Shown: positions 14,404-20,000 of the stretch, piece by piece
Layout of the letters: each line of letters starts with the position of its first letter
How positions within the stretch are numbered: position 1 is the first letter of the stretch
Source: an uncultured virus (IMG/VR IMGVR_UViG_3300013233_000702)
Lineage: Duplodnaviria; Heunggongvirae; Uroviricota; Caudoviricetes
Length of the DNA: 20,000 nucleotides
Virus record (IMG/VR): IMGVR_UViG_3300013233_000702
Reading direction: 5' to 3' (one strand)
The notes under the pieces: model-generated
Database searches by the model: none
What the model was told of the DNA's origin: nothing
What the model saw: the letters and a program-made list of their open reading frames with translations, nothing else
Program-made: the position numbers and the translations under genes

Positions 14404-17400
14404 CTAGATGTATTCGAAGTCTATGCTGTCGGTCGCGTCGAGGTCGAAGCCGGCCCTGTCGCCGTTCCAGATGAACTTGTCTCCTGCGGTTACGTCCTTG
14501 ATGCTCCTGGCGGCGGGCGTGTTGGCCACGCTGACTGGACTGGAGCGGTCGGACTGCGCCGTACCGTCGCCGACCTGTCCGTTGCTGTTCTCACCCCATC
14601 CGGCCAGTCCTCCGCTGGCCGTCCTGAAGATGACGTGGTTCCCTGCGCTCGGAGGAGCATCCTGTACGAAGCTGAAGGGTCCGACGACGCTGACCGGACT
14701 GCTCCTGTTCGAGAAGGTGCCATCGCCGAGGGGTCCATTGCCCCATGCCCACACGGAGCCATCCGTTTTCATGGCGAAGGACCGAGCGCCAGAAACTACC
14801 GCCACGAAGCTGTGCCCGCCTATGACGGAGACAGGACTGGACCTGTCCTGAGTAGACCCGTCTCCAAGTGCCCCGGCGGTCCCTCTGCCCCATGCCCAAA
14901 CAGAACCATCGGCCTTCATAGCTAGGGCATTATTATTCACGCTCACTGCAACGAAGCTGTGCCCACCGATCACGCTGACTGGACTAGAACGTTGATTGAT
15001 TGTTCCGTCACCTACATTTCCGAACGAATTAAATCCCCAGCCCCACGCAGATCCGTTAGCCTTCAAGGCTAACATGACGTTGTTACCAGCTACTGCTATC
15101 GACACAAAGCTGTGCCCGCCGATGACGCTGACTGGACTGGAACGACCTGCGGTAGTCCCGTCCCCCAGGACTCCACCGGAATCGCCGCACGTCCATAACG
15201 AGCCATCGGCCTTTAGGAGTGCCATTACTTTTATATCAACAGCTAATGACGTGAAGCTGTGCGTGCCGATCACGCTTACTGGACTGTTTCTGTCTACAGT
15301 AGTATTGTCTCCAACACGCCCTCTTGAGTTCTGGCCCCATGCCCATGCGGTCCCATCGTCCTTCAATGCCGCTCCAGCCCGTACTAGTACGAAGGAATGA
15401 CCGCCAACGACCTGTGTGGGACTGTAGCGGTCAGCAGTACCGTTTCCAAGAGGATCAAGGCCCCATGCCCAGGCCGAACCGTCGGACTTCATAGCCACTG
15501 CTCGTGCGCTGCCGCCGTCCATGAGGGCGAACGTGTGTGCGCCGATGACCGAGACTGGACTCGATCTGTTCTGCGACGTTCCGTCACCTACCGCGCCAGT
15601 ACCGGACGACGATCCCCATCCCCAGACTGAACCATCAGCTTTTCTCCCATATCTGTTTAAGTCAATGCCGCCTGTTTCTCCTGTACTGATCTGAACAAAG
15701 GAATGCCCACCAACGACGCTCACTGGACTCGAGCGGTTGCTGGTTGTGCCGTCTCCAATTCCTCCAAAGAACCCAGAACCCCATGCCCAGGCCGAACCGT
15801 CGGACTTCAGTGCTATGCCCCTGCCAACGGTTATGAAGCTGTGCCCACCGATCACGCTGACTGGACTGGAACGGCTTATGGTGGTACCGTCACCACACTG
15901 CCCAGCACCATTCTGCCCCCACGCCCATGCCGAACCATCAGACTTACGCGCATAGGTGGTATCGGGTATGCAGGCTATCTCGACGAAGCTATGTCCACCG
16001 ACCACGCTAACCGGACTAGAACGTTGATTTACTGTTCCGTCTCCGATTCCACCAAGTGTATTTCCACCCCAGCCCCATGCGGAACCATCTGCCTTTATTG
16101 CAACAGCACGACCGGTCGTTATGTCCGTTAAGTCGATGGCGACAAAGCTATGGCCACCTATCACGCTGACTGGACTAGACCTGTTTATCTTATCTCCAAC
16201 ACCAAGCTGGCCAACATCATTGCGGCCCCATGTCCATACTGAACCGTCTGCCTTTAGAGCAGCAGCAGCACGTGTGCCGTCGCCGAGCGCAACGTCCGTA
16301 AAGCTGTGCTCTCCGATCACGCTGACCGGGCTGCTGCGCATGAACCTTGTTCCGTCGCCCACCTGTCCAAAGTCATTCTCGCCCCACGCCCATGCCGAAC
16401 CGCCCGCCTTGAGACCAAGCATCTGGCCGCCGACCACAACCTTCACGAAACTATGCCCGCCGACTATACTGATAGGACTCGACCTTCCACTGTTCGTGGC
16501 GATGCCATCACCAAGGTTGACGGACAACTTGCCCCAGGTCCAGGCCTTACCGTCGGTCGTCCTGCCTGCCGACACGTCCGTCAAGGCGTCGACGTCGAGG
16601 AACATTGCTCCGCCCTCGAAGTAGCAATCCTTCGTCACAACGCCGTCGCCGAGGTCCTGCTTCAGGCCGTTCGCGAACACCATGACGTTGCCGTCAGACG
16701 CCGGAGTGTTCGTTATGGTAAGCCCGGTGTCCGCGTCGTTGCCGGACGTAACAGACGGAACCTGTTGCTTATCACTCAGGGACAGGCCGGACGCAGAACC
16801 TGGACCCGTCGGGCCAGTCGGGCCAGCAATCCCCGTGGAACCTGTCGGACCAGTAGGACCAGCGACCCCAGCGGAACCAGTCGGACCCGTAGGCCCAGTC
16901 GAACCGGTGGCTGCAGAAGCCCCAATCGGACCCGTGGGGCCAGTAGGACCAGCGACCCCAGCGGAACCAGTGGGACCAACCGTGCTGGCACCGAACACGT
17001 TATACTCAAGATCAACACGGTCAGAAGCAACAAGATCAAAGCCAGCAACAGTCCCATTCCAGTACAGAACATCACCGGAAGCAATATCAGCAATAGCACG
17101 AGCCGTAACACCGCCATCTGAACTGAAGTATGAATCCTTAATCTTGACGCCATCGCCAAGCGTGTATGAAACGCCATTCACCTTCACGATGACATAACCA
17201 TCGTCAACTGGCGTGCCACTGATTGATAGACCAGTACTGGAACCATCGCCCGAAGTAGCAGCCGGAGTCAAGTCCTTATCAGCAACAGTAAGCACCGACG
17301 CAACACCAGTCGGACCTGCAACGCCAGCAGAACCCGTCGGACCTGTCGGGCCAACAGTGCCAGCAGAACCAGTCGGACCTGTCGGGCCAACAGTGCCAGC

Positions 17401-20000
17401 AGAACCAGTCGGACCAGTGGGACCAGTCGGGCCAACAGTTCCAGCAGAACCAGTGGGACCAGTCGGACCAACAACACCAGCAGAACCCGTCGGACCAGTG
17501 GGACCGGTCGGGCCAACAGTTCCAGCAGAACCCGTCGGACCAGTCGGACCAGTGGGACCAGTCGGGCCAACAGTTCCAGCAGAACCCGTCGGACCAGTCG
17601 GACCAACAACACCAGCAGAACCCGTCGGACCAGTGGGACCGGTCGGGCCAACAGTTCCAGCAGAACCCGTCGGACCAGCAGAACCAGTGGGACCAGTGGG
17701 ACCAGTGGGACCAGTGGGACCAGTGGGACCAGTGGGACCAGTGGGACCAACAGTGCCAGCAGAACCTGTCGGACCAGTGGGACCAGTCGGGCCAACAGTG
17801 CCAGCAGAACCTGTCGGACCAGTCGGACCCGCAACGCCAGCAGAACCTGTCGGACCTGTCGGACCTGTCGAACCTGTCGAACCTGTCGGGCCAACAGTGC
17901 CAGCAGAACCCGTCGGACCAGTGGGACCAGTCGGGCCAACAGTTCCAGCAGAACCAGTGGGACCAGTCGGACCAACAACGCCAGCAGAACCCGTCGGACC
18001 AGTGGGACCAGTCGGGCCAACAGTTCCAGCAGAACCCGTCGGACCAGTCGGACCAGTCGGACCAGTCGGACCAACAGTGCCAGCAGAACCAGTGGGACCA
18101 GTCGGACCAACAACGCCAGCAGAACCCGTCGGACCAGTGGGACCGGTCGGGCCAACAGTTCCAGCAGAACCAGTGGGACCAGTCGGACCCGCAACGCCAG
18201 CAGAACCCGTCGGACCAGTGGGACCGGTCGGGCCAACAGTTCCAGCAGAACCAGTGGGACCAGTCGGACCCGCAACGCCAGCAGAACCCGTCGGACCAGT
18301 CGGACCCGCAACGCCAGCAGAACCCGTCGGACCAGTGGGACCCGCAACGCCAGCAGAACCTGTCGGACCAGTCGGACCCGCAACGCCAGCAGAACCCGTC
18401 GGACCAGTCGGACCCGCAACGCCAGCAGAACCTGTCGGACCGGTCGGACCAACAGCGCCAGCAGGACCAGTGGGACCAGTGGGACCAACCGTGCTAGCGC
18501 CAAACACGTTATACTCAAGATCAACACGGTCAGAAGCAACAAGATCAAAGCCAGCAACAGTCCCATTCCAGTACAGAACATCACCAGAGACAATGTCCGC
18601 AATAGCACGGGCCGTAGTGCCGCCATCCGAGCTGAAGTACGAATCCTTGGTCTTGACGCCATCGCCAAGCGTGTATGAAACGCCATTCACCTTCACGATG
18701 ACATAACCATCGTCAACTGGCGTGCCACTGATTGATAGACCAGTACTGGAACCATCGCCCGAAGTAGCAGCCGGAGTCAAGTCCTTATCAGCAACAGTAA
18801 GCACCGACGCAACACCAGTCGGACCTATGGGGCCTGTCGAGCCTGTCGAGCCTGTCGAGCCTGTCGAGCCCACAACGCCAGCAGAACCCGTAGGACCAGT
18901 CGGACCAACAGTGCCAGCAGAACCCGTCGGACCAGTCGGACCAGTCGGACCAACAGTGCCAGCAGAACCCGTCGGACCGGTCGAACCAACAGTGCCAGCA
19001 GAACCCGTGGGACCAGTCGGACCAACAACACCAGCAGAACCAGCAGAACCCGTGGGACCGGTCGGACCCGCAGTGCCAGCGGAACCAGCAGAACCCGTGG
19101 GACCAGTCGGACCAACAGTGCCAGCAGAACCCGTGGGACCAGTCGGACCAACAGTGCCAGCAGAACCCGTGGGACCAGTCGGACCCGCAGTGCCAGCGGA
19201 ACCAGCAGAACCCGTGGGACCAGTCGGACCAGTCGGACCAGTCGGACCAACAGTGCCAGTCGGACCAACAGTGCCAGTCGGACCGGTCGAACCAACAGTG
19301 CCAGCAGAACCCGTGGGACCGGTCGGACCCGCAGTGCCAGCGGAACCAGCAGAACCCGTGGGACCAGTCGGACCAGTCGGACCAGTCGGACCAACAGTGC
19401 CAGCAGAACCCGCAGAACCCGTGGGACCAGTCGGACCAGTCGGACCAGTCGGACCAACAGTGCCAGCAGAACCCGTGGGACCGGTCGGACCAACCGTGCC
19501 AGCAGAACCCGTCGGACCAGCGGGGCCAGTGGGGCCAGTGGGACCAGTCGAACCAGCAATGCCAGCAGAACCCGTGGGACCGGTCGAACCAACAGTGCCA
19601 GCAGAACCCGTGGGACCAGTCGGACCAACAACGCCAGCAGAACCCGTGGGACCAGTCGCGCCAGTCGCAGCAGAAGCACCAGCGGGGCCAGTGGGGCCAG
19701 TGGGACCAGTCGAACCAGCAATGCCAGCAGAACCCGTGGGACCAGTCGCGCCAGTCGCGCCAGTCGCAGCAGAAGCACCAGCGGGGCCAGTGGGACCAGT
19801 CGGACCAGCAATGCCAGCAGAACCCGTGGGACCAGTCGCGCCAGTCGCAGCAGAAGCACCAGCGGGGCCAGTGGGACCAGTCGGACCTATGGGGCCTGTC
19901 GAGCCTGTCGAGCCTGTCGAGCCCACAACGCCAGCAGAACCCGTGGGACCAGTCGGACCAACAACACCAGCAGAACCCGTGGGACCAGTCGGACCAACAA
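14404..20000 (-). CDS. Giant collagen-like fibre/adhesin with repeated globular domains and 14 RCC1-like repeats (5'-partial, >1860 aa)
   Basis: The frame stays open to the window edge, so GTG 19926 is an internal Val in the repeat. It has long GPT/GSA/GTV collagen tracts, two near-identical ~105-aa domains and a third split copy enclosing the repeats K.DGS.WAWG.N..G..GDGT...RSSPVSV.GGHSF. Confidence 0.93.
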   Translation of the reverse strand, partial: VGPTGPTGSAGVVGPTGPTGSAGVVGSTGSTGSTGPIGPTGPTGPAGASAATGATGPTGSAGIAGPTGPTGPAGASAATGATGATGPTGSAGIAGSTGPTGPTGPAGASAATGATGPTGSAGVVGPTGPTGSAGTVGSTGPTGSAGIAGSTGPTGPTGPAGPTGSAGTVGPTGPTGSAGTVGPTGPTGPTGPTGSAGSAGTVGPTGPTGPTGPTGSAGSAGTAGPTGPTGSAGTVGSTGPTGTVGPTGTVGPTGPTGPTGPTGSAGSAGTAGPTGPTGSAGTVGPTGPTGSAGTVGPTGPTGSAGSAGTAGPTGPTGSAGSAGVVGPTGPTGSAGTVGSTGPTGSAGTVGPTGPTGPTGSAGTVGPTGPTGSAGVVGSTGSTGSTGSTGPIGPTGVASVLTVADKDLTPAATSGDGSSTGLSISGTPVDDGYVIVKVNGVSYTLGDGVKTKDSYFSSDGGTTARAIADIVSGDVLYWNGTVAGFDLVASDRVDLEYNVFGASTVGPTGPTGPAGAVGPTGPTGSAGVAGPTGPTGSAGVAGPTGPTGSAGVAGPTGPTGSAGVAGPTGPTGSAGVAGPTGPTGSAGTVGPTGPTGPTGSAGVAGPTGPTGSAGTVGPTGPTGPTGSAGVVGPTGPTGSAGTVGPTGPTGPTGPTGSAGTVGPTGPTGPTGSAGVVGPTGPTGSAGTVGPTGPTGPTGSAGTVGPTGSTGSTGPTGPTGSAGVAGPTGPTGSAGTVGPTGPTGPTGSAGTVGPTGPTGPTGPTGPTGPTGPTGSAGPTGSAGTVGPTGPTGPTGSAGVVGPTGPTGSAGTVGPTGPTGPTGPTGSAGTVGPTGPTGPTGSAGVVGPTGPTGSAGTVGPTGPTGPTGSAGTVGPTGPTGSAGTVGPTGPTGSAGVAGPTGVASVLTVADKDLTPAATSGDGSSTGLSISGTPVDDGYVIVKVNGVSYTLGDGVKIKDSYFSSDGGVTARAIADIASGDVLYWNGTVAGFDLVASDRVDLEYNVFGASTVGPTGSAGVAGPTGPTGPIGASAATGSTGPTGPTGSAGVAGPTGPTGSTGIAGPTGPTGPGSASGLSLSDKQQVPSVTSGNDADTGLTITNTPASDGNVMVFANGLKQDLGDGVVTKDCYFEGGAMFLDVDALTDVSAGRTTDGKAWTWGKLSVNLGDGIATNSGRSSPISIVGGHSFVKVVVGGQMLGLKAGGSAWAWGENDFGQVGDGTRFMRSSPVSVIGEHSFTDVALGDGTRAAAALKADGSVWTWGRNDVGQLGVGDKINRSSPVSVIGGHSFVAIDLTDITTGRAVAIKADGSAWGWGGNTLGGIGDGTVNQRSSPVSVVGGHSFVEIACIPDTTYARKSDGSAWAWGQNGAGQCGDGTTISRSSPVSVIGGHSFITVGRGIALKSDGSAWAWGSGFFGGIGDGTTSNRSSPVSVVGGHSFVQISTGETGGIDLNRYGRKADGSVWGWGSSSGTGAVGDGTSQNRSSPVSVIGAHTFALMDGGSARAVAMKSDGSAWAWGLDPLGNGTADRYSPTQVVGGHSFVLVRAGAALKDDGTAWAWGQNSRGRVGDNTTVDRNSPVSVIGTHSFTSLAVDIKVMALLKADGSLWTCGDSGGVLGDGTTAGRSSPVSVIGGHSFVSIAVAGNNVMLALKANGSAWGWGFNSFGNVGDGTINQRSSPVSVIGGHSFVAVSVNNNALAMKADGSVWAWGRGTAGALGDGSTQDRSSPVSVIGGHSFVAVVSGARSFAMKTDGSVWAWGNGPLGDGTFSNRSSPVSVVGPFSFVQDAPPSAGNHVIFRTASGGLAGWGENSNGQVGDGTAQSDRSSPVSVANTPAARSIKDVTAGDKFIWNGDRAGFDLDATDSIDFEYI
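14515..16608 (-). repeat. 14 RCC1/BLIP-II-like repeats (consistent with two 7-bladed beta-propellers)
   Basis: Counted 14 units of about 40-55 aa, each with a W-x-W-G (or variant) followed by G-D-G-T and R-S-S-P-V-S-V (or variants). Confidence 0.85.
16981..18826. repeat. Direct repeat of ~337 bp (16981-17317 and 18490-18826; offset 1509 bp) encoding the non-collagen domain
   Basis: Manual alignment gives about 17 mismatches; 17142-17317 is identical to its partner. Confidence 0.9.
17311..20000. repeat. Collagen-coding 9-bp-unit tandem repeats (e.g. GGACCAGTG/GGACCAGTC) with higher-order 27-45 bp blocks
   Basis: Directly visible at 17311-18489 and 18811-20000, with a shorter tract at 16798-16980. 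Confidence 0.95.

Noticed and set aside
14515..16608. Intein explaining the in-frame insertion
   Set aside because: There are no intein splice motifs (N-terminal Cys/Ser block, C-terminal His-Asn) and the insert consists entirely of RCC1-like repeats.
16981..18826. Diversity-generating retroelement TR/VR pair
   Set aside because: Both copies are in-frame coding, mismatches are mostly synonymous and not confined to adenines of one copy, and there is no reverse transcriptase in the window.
16682..19859. Long alternative ORFs (17213..18706 +, 17268..18686 -, 18825..19859 -)
   Set aside because: They are stop-free by-products of the 9-bp collagen repeat in other frames, and their LVR/PVG-rich products are not credible proteins.
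14404..20000. Eukaryotic or giant-virus (NCLDV) origin suggested by collagen, RCC1 and C2H2 motifs
   Set aside because: Clear SD sequences, translationally coupled operons, and holin-like and gp2-like genes favour a virus of prokaryotes. This is not proven without hallmark genes.

Overview
This is a densely packed, GC-rich, virus-like window, most plausibly from a large tailed bacteriophage. The evidence is bacterial Shine-Dalgarno sites, many short ORFans, a T4 gp2-like protein, a holin-like protein, collagen fibres and thymidylate kinase. Five glycosyltransferase genes are present: a GT9 at <1-1048 that the ORF track missed, two GT8-like/GT9 fusion paralogues in opposite orientation, a GT8-like/SAM-methyltransferase fusion and a small DxD GT-A protein. 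They lie near two Thr-rich (Gly-Pro-Thr) collagen-like fibre genes. The larger fibre (>1860 aa, open at the right edge) has three copies of a ~105-aa non-collagen domain, and the third copy is split by 14 RCC1-like repeats. The leading hypothesis is a phage-encoded system that glycosylates and methyl-caps collagen fibres. Two short recurrent upstream motifs, CAAA(G/C)ATA and GTA(C/G)(A/C)TA, occur back-to-back in all three divergent intergenic regions and look like two promoter classes. No rRNA, tRNA, CRISPR array, reverse transcriptase or transposase was seen. All family assignments come from motif recognition by eye, not database searches.
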